Made by a program: the position numbers and the translations under genes. A stretch of 63,715 nt of DNA, the filler included, from Choristocarpus tenellus KU-1152 (Eukaryota > Protista > Phaeophyceae), in the NCBI GenBank assembly GCA_964200185.2. It is 9 parts of 9 records of this genome, joined end to end, with 100 filler letters (N's around TTAATTAATTAA, not from the genome) between each part and the next. Parts side by side here need not be neighbours in the genome. Positions count along the whole stretch, not along the records: positions 1 to 26,823 come from CAXNAD020000161.1; 8 more parts are not named here. One strand, written 5' to 3'. Within the stretch, counting starts at the first letter, position 1, and every line of letters starts with the position of its first letter. This document shows, one piece after another, positions 14,901-26,823 of this stretch. The notes beneath the pieces are model-generated. The model was not told the origin of the DNA and searched no databases. It worked only from the letters and a program-made list of their open reading frames with translations.

Positions 14901-15135
14901 CGGGTTGAACGACGACAGAACGACCTTTGATATTCACGATACCTTTTCTTTTCTGAATTTCTTCATCCTCGCTTTGGTGTCCCAGCGACAACGAGCAAGC
15001 CAAACTCTGTCGTTGAATTAGTCCATCGAGGCGAACCCTCCTGCGCCCGAGACCAACTGTCATGGGGGAAAAAGCTCGAACGTGAGCCAGCAACTGCAGC
15101 AGCATTATCAATTGTAGGGACTTACAAGCAGTCAT
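11908..15135 (-). CDS. trmB: Plastid-targeted tRNA (guanine-N7)-methyltransferase, TrmB family, 8 exons
   Basis: Spliced product contains VRQHVNPL, LHVDIGCAKG, NFLGLEIRRP, NLHFICCNAN, ISIQFPDPCFKSKHHKRR, LVPGGKLFMQGDV, NPMGVMTERE and VYRCVF. N-terminal hydrophobic signal with VRA|FSP heterokont plastid motif. Confidence 0.93.
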
Positions 15136-15302
15136 CTGATAAATCTCCACACCTTCACGGTTTGCATGGCAGGTAGAAGTGTATCATATGAGGTGGAAGG
15201 TGGAAATGGGGGTGAGAGAATGATGGAAGGCGTTTCGGGAGTTTCACACAACACCTTTCAACTTTTTTCACACACACAATCTTGGTTCTTGATCTAATCA
15301 AG
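15136..15302. promoter_or_regulatory. Putative bidirectional promoter between trmB and DNAAF4
   Basis: Divergent start codons only 167 bp apart. Confidence 0.6.
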
Positions 15303-18300
15303 ATGCCTCTAACTGCGGATTATACGTGGACTGAATCGGATACCAATCTCCAGGTGCAAGTACCATTAAAGGGTAAAAACCCTGCTGGGGTGGATATATT
15401 TGGTGAGTTTAAACAGGACAAAGCAATGCATTTGATTGCATACATGACATAGTGGGGTCACGATAACAACCATACCTCAGACCGTTGGGGAAACTTTTCG
15501 ATCTTCAGTTAAACTTCAATTGATACATTGGCTTCAGAAGTACCGATTTTGGATCTTAACGCTGGTCTAACTCGCGATGCCTCTATCTCCTCGTCAGCTA
15601 CGGAGTGTTTCCTCAAGGTATCTTTTCCTCCATATTTGTTGGAGGTGGATCTGCACGGTTGCATCGACACCACACTAAATAGGGCGACAGTCCAGAATGG
15701 CACCCTTATCATCAGAGTTAAGAAGAAAAAGGGTCACACCGGATTGTGGGGTGCTCTCGGATTTAAAGCTAGACGTAAAGGCGATCCCAAGATCAAGGAG
15801 AGGAGGCAGCAGTCAATCCATACGCAACAAAAACACGAGCAAGAGGTGACACACTTTGCTCCTTAAATTATACTGTTGGTGCTATGCTAGGGTAGATATC
15901 CCTCAATCCGATGTAAAGTATTCAAATCTATAATTAAAAAAATAGACATCCAGCCAAGTACTGAGGCCTATATCTTTCCATAGATGGGTTCAACTAGACC
16001 AAATACGTGCTGATTTTCGTAGAAGGATATGACTTTCTTCATTCGCGGTTACTTTTGGGTCGGGAAGTAATTTGGTATATTTAATATGGGTCTAACTTCC
16101 AACACTTGAAGTGCTTCCATAGTTGAAAATATATCATTGAGGAAACACTTACATGGTGGACACTTTCCTTCTTGTACCTGTTACAGTGGTATTGTGGATT
16201 CGACAAGCAAGGGAGTGTCTTTCAAGCAAGCCACCTGCACCATCTTTCCATCTTAAGCTGAACATACATTTTCCTGGCACAATGTTGCTGCCTACTTCAG
16301 CTGATGCAGCGAGTGGGGCAAAGAAAACATGATGATGAGCGCCTGGCACTCCGCAGTCAGATGTCTGTAGAAGAGGCTGAGAGGACGCGCATTGAAGATC
16401 TTAAGGCCGAGCAGAAGGAAAAGGCAGAGGTATGTAAAGAATGTAGGCCAAAGGATTTCATTGCTCTTACTTTCCTGGTGCATTGAGCCGTTCTGTTGCA
16501 TTCATGAAGAACTTAAATTTGCAGTTCTAAATATATTTGTCAATATGAGTGTAAAGAACCCAATATCCCTCACTTCACCATCCACATCTCTTGGTGGGGA
16601 TGGGAAGTAAAGCATGGGAAAGAACAGCTTTCTACCTTAAGTGGCTTACGCCCTTCAAGCTATTGTATTTAGGATCATTACAGTATCAAAACTGCCAAGT
16701 CTATGTCAACATAATGTTGAGACTTTAGAGTACTAGACCCCTGTTGAGAACTTTCATTGCTGAGAATAATCAGAAATATCCACACATTAAGGCAAACAAA
16801 AACATTAGTTCTTTCCCATTTTTGCGTCATTGATGACAGCCCATGTAGCGAAAAATTACGAGGATGGGACCAGCACTTCAACCTTATTACTGTTCAAAGT
16901 GGTTGTCAACAACACAAAACAACAAACATAACATTGTACTATGAGAGAGGTGTGAAGTCATACTTTGTCTAGAGTGGGATAACACTATTGGAGAAAAACA
17001 TCACGCATCTTTCGGAGAGAGTTGTGCCTGAACCTCATATATTCATCTCACCAGCAAGTACTGCAGCTTCTGAGATTAATGCCACCTGGTTATCTTCTTT
17101 GTGAGAGCGATCCATTTTGGGAGTATCCTGTTCTAGTGGGTGAAGGGGAGTTGCCAGGTGGAAGCACACCTATATTCCGGGATCCAGATACGGTGTGCAC
17201 TTACTGATAAAGTTGACTTTATGATCAGCATGAGAAAAATGTCCTGTCTTGTGCCATTAAGCTCTTGGTATTCATGGGTTGAAATACGCATTAGCCTCAT
17301 TCCTAGTTCCTTGTCAAAGAATTAAACAAGCTCATGAGATCACCTACCCACAGTATTGACAACAGAGAGTGCACAAGCATGTGGCACTTTCAACTACCCA
17401 AACACATGAATGGGTTCAAGTCCTCTTGGTTGGCTCTTTTGCTACCTTTGCTGCTGTGTGCATGTATGACGAATGCCCTTGTCCCTTATCTTTGGTTACT
17501 GCATTACACTGCCAGGAAGAGGTGTACCATGCATTTACCGAATTAGCAACCAAGCAAGGAAGAGAGGAAGCTCCACAGCAGTCAACTCTACAACAGGCAT
17601 CAAATACATGTTTGAAAAAGCCGGATGCTGATGAAAAAAATAGATCACATGAGGAGAGTCAAGAGGACATGTCCACAGAAGATAACATTTTCCTTGAGGT
17701 GTCGGATCTCAAGGGTAAGGGTGAGGGTGAGGAAACTCTAGCAAATGAAAACGACATTGAAAAAAATCCCCTTGCTCACAAAGAGGATGAAAATCTAGGC
17801 CCAGAGGAAGATGACTCGACCGACATGCCTGCCAATGTTGAAGAGGCTGACGACCCCTGCGATGACTTGAGTATGTGCTACGTCCCTGCACCTAGGGCAC
17901 TAGCCAAGGTAGAGGTTGGATTCACGGCACGCTTGTTCCCAACACCTCTGCGGGAGTCGAAGGCAAAGGAGGAGTCTGAGTGGATCATGAAGAACCGCAA
18001 ACACCTGAGTACTAACCACGCGCTGACAGGGAAGCTTCCCCCAACAGACCCAGTGATAGACATCAGTGAGAGCGACCCTGTTTGACTGAAGGGAAGAGGA
18101 GATGACCTGTATCGTGGGGGGGATTACCGTGCAGCTATAAACGCCTACACAGCAGCCCTTGGTGCTGATCCTGGTATGGCATCATCCTTCTCAAACCGCG
18201 GGGCATGTCGCCTGAAGCTTGGCCAGCCAGCTGAGTGTGTGTCTGATTGTTCAGCGGCGATTGAGATCCTCCAGTCACTCCCAGCAAGTGGGGAGAGTCA

Positions 18301-18937
18301 GACAAGAGCATTGGCACGGCGAGCTGCAGCCCAGAGTGAAATTGGACACTACCAGCTAGCCCTCAAGGACTACCATGAAGCACTAAACCTTAGCCCTGGC
18401 GATACTGATATTGAGGCTGATGCAGCTTGCATTGAGCCCCTGGCGAGGTGTGAAGGGATGAAGAAAGAAGCTGCTGCCAAATTTGCCTCGGGGGATATTG
18501 AGGGTGCCCTCAACTTGTACTCCCTGGTTTTGGAAGTGGAACCTAGCTTTCCTTCTTGCCTCTCCAACAGAGCTGCCTGTCACCTTGCCCTTGGAGGTCA
18601 TGAAGCATGTGTGCAAGACTGCACAGAAGCTTTGACTCTCCTTGCTGCAGATCCTTTGACCCCTGAGAAGAGTCGGGAAATATCAGCACCCCTGTGTGAG
18701 CGACCACCTCCACCAGGGTTGACTCCACCAGCTGGTTCCAATAAACGGCGACAATGGGTGCTCTCCACCATAATTCGGAGGGGCATGGCCAAGGTTAAGC
18801 TTGGGGCACTGGAAGATGCATTGGCAGACTATCGTGCTGCAGGTGCTATTGCACCAGAGGACAAGGCGGTGGAAAGCGACATAAAACAGCTGGAGCACAG
18901 GCTAAATGAGGAAGGCAAAGAAGCACTACGTCACTGA
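15303..18937 (+). CDS. DNAAF4: Dynein axonemal assembly factor 4 (DYX1C1): CS/p23 domain, coiled coil, TPRs; 4 exons; in-frame TGA at 18083-18085
   Basis: Exon 1 MPLTADYTWTESDTNLQVQVPLKG; exon 2 FLKVSFPPYLLEVDL; exon 4 VGFTARLFPTPLRESK...EWI and DPV*LKGRGDDLY...AAINAY...SNRGAC, matching DYX1C1 motifs FPTxLRES and PxWLKxKG. Confidence 0.88.
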
Positions 18938-18959
18938 CAGGTTTTCTTCAAGTTGGCTC

Positions 18960-19160
18960 ATATTACAGCCCGATTCCCAAATACAGTGGGTCAAGCAAGT
19001 CATAAACTGACCTGGAGAGGAAGGCCTTCTGTGAACAGGTGTTGCAGTAGACCCTTGACCCTTCTCTCTATCTATATCAGTTGTCTCAGTGAAAAGCGCG
19101 AACACCGCATGAGAGTGCGATGACTCTCGGTTCATAGCTGTCTCTCCCATGTGTCTGCTG
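18960..19160 (-). pseudogene. Orphan kinesin motor-domain fragments
   Basis: RHMGETAMNRESSHSHAVF resembles switch I (NxxSSRSH) with R>H. A VYDLLDP piece follows, out of normal order and with stops. Confidence 0.6.
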
Positions 19161-19675
19161 CAGGACACTTCACAAACTTTGCTCTGGCCAACTTGGCCTT
19201 TCTTCTTCAGTTGTGTAAAAACTAAACTAAAGGCTCTACCTCGAGTAGCTGTTGATCATTTACCTTGTGTTTTGAACAATGTAAAACGCTGTCTGACGAA
19301 GGGAAGGGAAATTTTCCTGGGATCACTGGACTTCATTCCGAGCAATGCCTTCTGTTGTTTAATTCAGGTTACTGCTATGTTACGATATGCTAGGTTTGCC
19401 AAGTCACTTTCCTGACACACACAGGATAAGTATCAGATGATTCATCTAGACACTGTCACAATGAAAACTGCTCGAATTTCATAGAGCAACAGAACGACAA
19501 TCAGGTCCCCACCCACAGTAACACACATAATGACCACGCCCGACTGTTAGACCTGGGAGCGAATCACAGCCTCACAAACTTCATCGCAGAGGATATTGAC
19601 AGTTTGGAGGACTCCTGGTGATGGGGGCAACAAGGGATGCTACACCCTCGTGTCCAGGGACACAAAAAGCGTGCT

Positions 19676-20247
19676 TCAATCTCTTTCCCTTGGTTGAGAC
19701 AATGTATAAATCAATAGAGCGACTGATGTCGCCACGAGGAAACCCAGTACAATAGGAATTGCCAGGATGGCAGGGCTGTTGACAACACTGCCAACAAGCG
19801 CTGTCAACTCTCCATCTGCGTATGCAGGGGCGATCGGGCCCGCCAGGATAGTCATTGCCGCAATCGTTGAGGCATATTCACGGGAGCGATCGTGGCAATC
19901 GGTCTCCACACTCATAGAAGCCAACCTGCAATTGTCTGGTATTAGAGAAAAGAGTAATTAGGGATAAATTTATTATCAATTGCTAACGTAAAATTTGGAG
20001 GATCTAGGTTAGCAGGGTCACATCAGGTGCCGTCATCGAAACAGGACAAGGCTTCGAAGAAGGTGATGAGTAACGCACCTCCAACACGTTCCCCTGTAGT
20101 GATCCTGGAGGTCGTCGCAAGGGCAGTCCTAGCATTCAGAGGCCTGGTGACCGTCAACTGTGGGGTGCGTGGAGGAAGAAATGCCATGCATGTCGTTGAA
20201 AGTATCGCTATGACTAGGAATCCTATCCTCCACGCGAATGCCATCAT
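19676..20247 (-). CDS. Small single-span thylakoid membrane protein with tripartite targeting, 2 exons
   Basis: Signal peptide (..STTCMA|FLPP), R/T-rich transit peptide, hydrophobic AYA|D thylakoid signal, ~46-aa mature part with one TM helix. Phase-1 intron ~20078-19937. Confidence 0.75.
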
Positions 20248-20619
20248 ACCGTCGGTTTCCTCTACGTTCTTGGCAACGCTGTTTGTCAGGAGGTTACAGC
20301 TATCGACTCTTAACAAACTTGTTACCTGCTATCAACATGAAAAAGTGAACCTGAGTCTCACTACATGTTTTTTTTTTGAAATGAAGTTCGAATTAGGAAT
20401 TATCCAAGGTGCCCAAATCAAGTCGAAAGTCAAAGATGAGGGTTGCTCAGATCCTCCCCATGATCTGAAAGGTATACCGAAAATTTGATGTTACTCACAG
20501 GTGAACTTGCTCACTAACCCGACCTCAGGGTGTTGGTGAGAGAGTGAGAAGGAGAATTTTTAGAGATAAGATTGTGACTGCCGGGACAGAACACGTTGAA
20601 GGACTTTGTCGCTGGGGAT
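20248..20619. promoter_or_regulatory. Putative bidirectional promoter between the thylakoid protein and OSCA genes
   Basis: Divergent ATGs ~370 bp apart; locally CpG-rich. Confidence 0.5.
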
Positions 20620-23600
20620 ATGGGGATGGTGGAGGACAATACTGCAGTCAAAAGTGGCACAGTGTTCATCCGTCGGTCTTTATCATTGCTTGTACCTGAT
20701 CGGTGAGTGGATCATACCCGATTTTGAGTCCAGTTTGCCTTCTTTGCTGAACGGAACACCAATGTTGCAGGTTATCCATTCCCATCATGTGGGTTGGGTT
20801 ATTCTCTCATTCGCAGCACTTGACTCCGTTATACTTCGAGCGTCTCTCTCTCTCTCTCTCGCTCTCGATATCGCTCTCGCTCTCGATATCGCTCTCGCTC
20901 TCATTCATGATTGGCACTTAAGAGGGGTGTAGGTGTCTGTGGAAAATTTGGTTGGCGAGTGGAGACCACATATCTGTATCCTATTGAATACCCCCCCCGC
21001 CATTGCGTCGATGGGATCATAATGTCTTTTGATAGAGGATCGAGGAAAATAACTCTCACATATCCCATGCTGGCCATCAATTGCTATATATTTTTTTTAG
21101 CTACGAGGACGCATCGGCTTTCCGTCAAACAGAGTGGGTGGATGTGAACACCATATCGGTGACCATAATCGCAAATGTGGCCTTGGCCCTCCTCTGCCTG
21201 GCCTACTTTTGGAGCTCGCGTAAGCACAATGCAGGGTACTTTTCTAGCAAAAGGCGTCGTCTTCCTTCTAGAACCCCTCCAAACCTTCCATGTGGTGGAT
21301 TTTTCTCTTGGATCTGGTAAGGACTACTAAGGGAGCCAGTAGATGATGAAAAGGCTGATAGAAAAGAGATGTAGTATTCTATGAGGAAGAAGCAGGGATT
21401 GCACTAGCTCAATCTTTCTTATTCCTTAAAAGGAAGCAAAGGTATCGGTACTACCTTGAGCTTGAGTGAGTGATTTGCACCCCTATCCAACTGCAATCAT
21501 TAAAGCTTCGTCATCCTCCTCCACTTGTGCAGGCCCCTGCTGGCTATGACAGAGGATGATATCTTGCGATACGCAGGCTTTGATGCTGTGATCTTTCTCC
21601 GTTTTTATAAGCTTGCATTTAAGGTCAGTGGTTTCAGTGCTGTCGAGGGTGTCGATCACACTGTGAGGTGTGAGGGGAGAATGTTGTATTGGGTGAGGGG
21701 TGGCACTCACATGGTAGTGGGTAAGGATATATCTGAGGTGTGATGAGCTCCATTAAAAAATATATATAATGGGTATTATTGATGATCCATGCCATTGCAT
21801 CGAAGCTAGATTTCAGACGTGGTAAAGTGAATTGGCAGTATCTTAAGGTCGATAGGTATATTACCTTTGTACAATTAGTGAAATGCTTTGGCTGTGTGCT
21901 CCTGGAACCTGATTGGATGATTGTGTGTGTGTGCGTGTGTGAGTATTTGATAAATATAGCACATGCTTTCCATCTTTGCCATGCGACCAGTTTTTGTACC
22001 AAAGAGCACTCACTGTGTCCTCCTCTCACTTGCTGTGTGTTGTGTGAAGGTGTTTGGAGTGTTCTCATTTTACGGGTTGCTGGTGATCGTACCAGCCAAT
22101 ATACAGGGGGGAAGTCGGTCGAGCAGTTATGAGTACCAGACAAACATCAACACCTTCAACCGACTGTCCATGTCCAACATACAGCATTATGATCCACGCA
22201 TGTGGTTGCATGCCTTGGGAGTGTATGGTCTGACTGGAATCACCATGTATTTCCTTATCAAGGAATACAGGTGTGGTTGCAGAGTCTCCTTATCCCCGAA
22301 AGGCATCAACAACTGTAGGAAGTTTTATTTTTAAGAAATATTATAGGAACAATTTCTGACTGTTTCTGATCTAACTTTCAGGGTTCGTTCTTGTATAGTG
22401 GGGGGAAAAAAACCTTCCCAAATATTTAGTTACAATGATGGTAATGATTATGGCATTGTGAAGTTAATTATTTTTTTTTTAAAGCCTGGATGGAATGTTA
22501 GGCACATTGATGTAATAAAAAGCAAGGTCAGCAACAGTTTGATCCATATTGACTAATGATCTAATGACAAGTTTGTGAGAGCAGGCATTGATATTGATGT
22601 TTTTTGACATAGAGGGGTTTTTCATGTTCCGAAAAAGGAAGTAAAATAGTGAAGTGCAATACCGGATGCATCTCTCTCCAAGTGTCCTCTCCTCAATTTT
22701 TTTTCTCAGGTTTTATACAACACTGAGGCACAAGTTCATGAGACGCAAGGCTGCTCACCTGCGAACCATAATGGTGGAAGGAGTACCCCATGAAATGAGA
22801 TCCAACACCAAGCTCTTCACATATTTCAATACGCTGTACCCTGATGAGGTACACTACTAGTGTTGTGCCATTTATCTTATTTGTTTTTTGTGAAGTATGT
22901 ATTGACAAGATAATGGTTCTGGTTTGGTCTTGACTGACTGCTCTTTTTTGCTGCGTGAAGTAGGAGGATTTGATACGATTTTGAGACCATGTCTCGAGTG
23001 AATTGACCAGTTTCTTTGTTGCAATTCAGAGTTGATTGGTTGATTGATCGGTCCAAGCTCTCTTCATGGTTTGTTATTAATATGGTGTGTGTGCGTAAGG
23101 CATCTGTACTACACGTGTATGCATAAGGTCCTCTCTGTGTTCAGCATGTTCTCATTCCCATTTTTTTGTATTGTTGCCTTATGCTGTGTGCTGTATGCTG
23201 TGTGCAATTGGATCCTACTCTCTTGGTGACATAAACATGTAACTGTATTTGGTGGTGTTTTGGTCAGGTTGTGAGTGTCCATACACCCCAGGACATTTCT
23301 CACCTCAGGAAGCTCCTGGATTTAAGGCATGAAGTCATTGCACAGCTTAGGGGAGCTCTGGAGCGCAAGGCAGTCAGAGGGCAGGAACAGTACCACACTT
23401 GTGAGTAGTTTTTTATTTTATTGTTTTTGTTCTGGGCACCAAGGGTGAATTCGTTTGTGCAGTTTTAGGGTTATGACCTAGAGGTACATATAGTTTTAGG
23501 GTTATGACCTAGAGGTATACATAGTATTAGGGTTATGACCTAGAGATATATATAGTATTAGGGTTAAGACCTAGAGGTATATATAGTATTAGGGTTAGGG

Positions 23601-26403
23601 TTAGAGGTATATTTTTTGACAGTGTTTAGATAAGGTCTTGGCTTGCTGCTTCAGGGCATTTCAAGATCTGAAACCTTTATCATGTTTGACACAGTATTTT
23701 GCAGCAGCATTTTTGACGATTCTTATGTTGGTTGCTATAGCATCCATTTGCCCTGCTGTTGAATAAGAGAGCGCCTTGTACCTCCTGTAATGGTGTGTAA
23801 TGGTGTGTGATGGTAGTGGGCATACGTGGCCTTGGTCAGCGAGTGAACACAGTGGACTATTGCTCACTCCGGCTACAGCGCCTGAATGAAGCTATCGCCA
23901 AGGAGCAGTCTAAAAAGAAGAGGAAGCAGAGGATGGCCTATGCTGTCAGGGCACAGGTCAGTTTTTTCTTTTGGGCTGAGACAATCGTTCCAAGAACGTG
24001 TTGAGTGTGTTGGCGTATTTATGTTTTTTCTTTTGTGGAGTGGAGTGGATGTGATGCATGCATTAGTTCGGATATTGATTTTTTTTCTCAGCAGTACCTT
24101 GAGGCTGCAGTCAACACCAATGCCGTGCACCCATTTGTAGCAAGTATACCCTATGTTTGATGCCCTTGGACAAGAAGAATGAGGAGGGGAAAAGGAATTT
24201 AAGTATGAGCAAAGAGTCAGGGGTACATGGTGTTTGTCCAGTGTGCTGAAACTGGTCATTGCCATCTAGTAGTGAACGCAAAGATTCTGTCTGAGAGAAG
24301 TGGATGTACGCTTGTATTTATCATTGCTGTGTTGGTACTTTTTAAAGATAGTAGATACAACATGCATGTGCTTGAACTAGGAGAATTATTAGAAAGTACA
24401 TATTATTTGAACATCTTTTTTATTTCCATTTTACCAACGTGTCTTGATATTTTTTATATACCGTCTCCCCTTCTCTCTTTCTATTAATAGTCTATATCTG
24501 TGGTGGATATGAACTACGACTTGGGATCTATGCCGGAGAGAGAGGCTGGCCCAATCGAACGGTTGGTTTTAGAAGAAGATGGCCATTCGGAGAGTGATTC
24601 AGAGAGCAGCAGCAGCAGTCATGGTGTAGTAGTGAGGACCAGGAGATCTGGAACAGGGGAGGGGCAGTGGTGGAGTGGGTCAGGTGGCTCAGGCACAGCA
24701 AAGGTACTGCCACGATCTCCACGTATGTCTATGGATCTACCAAGGACTGGGGATAGTGCCAGGAATGTGAGCCCCTCCCCTCGTATCTCTTTGCAGCTCT
24801 ATGGCTGTGAGAGGTGGATTGCTGCACTTCTTGAAGGAAGTGTAGCAATTGTTGTGGACTGGGAGTGTGCTGTTTCTTGTCTTCATTATCTCTTTGGCAT
24901 GTGTTCATGATGGTGTCAATGATTGACTTTGATTGGTTGGTTGACTGATTAGTCTTGGTGCTTTCCTTGGCATTTGAGATGTCATTCAGGACCTGGAACA
25001 TTTCTGTGTGGATTATTTCCATCAGCACTAGCACCACCTCACCACTTTAATGAGGACATGGTCATTAAGTCATGATGAATATATTTATGTCACAGTGTTT
25101 TAGTACATGCTATATATGCTAAGTTAGGGTTAGTGTGAGTTGTGAGTTGTGTGTTGTGTTGACATCTCAAGTACAAATTGGCAACTCTTTCACCCTCTCC
25201 TGTGTGGTACTCTCAGAATGTACTTTACACAGCAACGTCTGTCTCCTCCCACTCAACACAGCGGGGCTGGGTACAGAAGAGCCCTACCCGTTCAGACCAC
25301 CATAGGAGAAGGAGCCAGGAGCATGTAGTCAACGGAGGTCGACCTCGGAGTGCGTCTGTACCATCAGAGAGGACATCACTCTTGACCACAGAGATGAAGG
25401 ATTTAGATGCCTTGGCCACCAAGTTACCCCAAAAGAGAAAGAGGAATCAGGAATCTGACCAGGCACCAAGGGCTTTTGTGATCTTTAAATCTTTCGGGGC
25501 TGCTACAGTGGCACGCCAGGTTTGTAAGGCATGTCTGTATGTATTTTTTTTAGGGCCGGGAAGGTGGAAGGGATACCAGCTTTTTGCATCACATGCTAAT
25601 ATTTCATGATTGCCACATTATTATTATTATTATTATAGGTATGAGGTAAATAGCGCTGGACCTCTCACTTGGATTATGGAATCCGACTCAATTTTTTTCA
25701 CTCCCATGTTGGCCAAGAAGTCATTAAAGTGTGGTGAATTGTAGCTATTAACTTACTAGGATATGATTAAATCACAATTAATCAAAAGATATCAAAATCT
25801 AGAGGGATTACTATGGGGGAGGGGTTGTGCTCTGGAGAGTGTGGACTACTATACAAGCAAGATCACTGTGTACTCCCATCATAAGGACATGAAGGCACCA
25901 ATTTTTTATCATCTTTTTGTCATATTTTTTTGTAATAATCCCATAACTACTTTCTCATCATGTATACCTCAGACCACATCAGCTTGTTTTTAGTATTTCT
26001 GTATTCATGTATTTGTTGGTCAAACACCCCTGTGAAGGTGCCTTTTTGTAGGTCCTTAACTATACTAGTAACAGTAGTGCTCACATGTATGGTTAAAGTT
26101 GTCTACCACTGCACTCTTTTTATGGATACTCTATTTTTAAGGGTAATGTGATGTGCTGAGGATGGAAATGTTTGATTCCACATTGAAGTTTTTTTTTTTT
26201 TAATTTGTGTGTCCTGTTCGTTCCTTTTTGTATTTTTTTTGTATATTTGGAATGTCTGTCTTTCCACATACAACTTTGGATGTTCTCTATCCCATTTTGA
26301 TTTTTAGGTTCTACATTGTGCTCGACCAGGGCGGATGGCTGCTATGGCTGCACCAGAACCGAGGGATGTGTACTGGAAAAATATCTTTGTCACCCGCAGG
26401 CAG
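20620..26403 (+). CDS. OSCA/ERD4/TMEM63 (CSC1-like) mechanosensitive cation channel, 3'-partial, 10 exons seen
   Basis: Exons give FFSWIWPLL..EDDILRYAGFDAVIFLRF, LVIVPAN, FNRLSMSNI, RMWLH, RTIMVEGVP, YFNTLYPDEV, AFVIFKS...ARQ and AAPEPRDVYWKNI: RSN1_TM and PHM7_cyt motifs. Confidence 0.93.
23460..23610. repeat. Intronic ~32-bp minisatellite containing TTAGGG (ATAGTTTTAGGGTTATGACCTAGAGGTACAT)
   Basis: About 5 tandem copies; the last reads TTAGGGTTAGGGTTAG. Confidence 0.85.
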
Positions 26404-26722
26404 GTAGGTCAAGAGTGCAATACAGTACAAGACAATAAAGTGGTGGTTATGGTGTTAAAGCCATTTTTTACTTATGAAGTGTTTGACGAAGGGGATTTGT
26501 ATAGAGTGAAACAGATTGTTAAAATGGACTGTTGTAGAGAGAGGAGGGATAATACCATACCGTTGGTAGCTATCCCAGTAGTAGTAATAATAATAATAGT
26601 AATAATAATAATAGTAATAATAATAATGAATGCGTGATGAAACATTTTAGATTGTGGAGGTTGAGATCATCTATGGTATTGATGCTTGACTGTATTACTT
26701 CTTTACAAGTACGGTAGTAATA

Positions 26723-26823
26723 GGGTCAAAGTATCTGGGGGTGTGTGTGTGTGTGTGGTTTGTGAGGGGGCGTCCGTTTCGGTCAAAAAACGTTTTTTTT
26801 TGCTGACATTTCAAATCCGACAC
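26723..26823. mobile_element. MITE family A, truncated at contig end
   Basis: GGGTCAAAGTATCTGGGGG...TTTCGGTCAAA...GCTGACATTTCAAATCCGACAC matches the 11416 copy. Confidence 0.75.

Noticed and set aside
18080-18091. 12-nt GT...AG micro-intron removing the DNAAF4 stop
   Set aside because: Far too short for spliceosomal splicing here, and it would delete conserved W-L-K positions.
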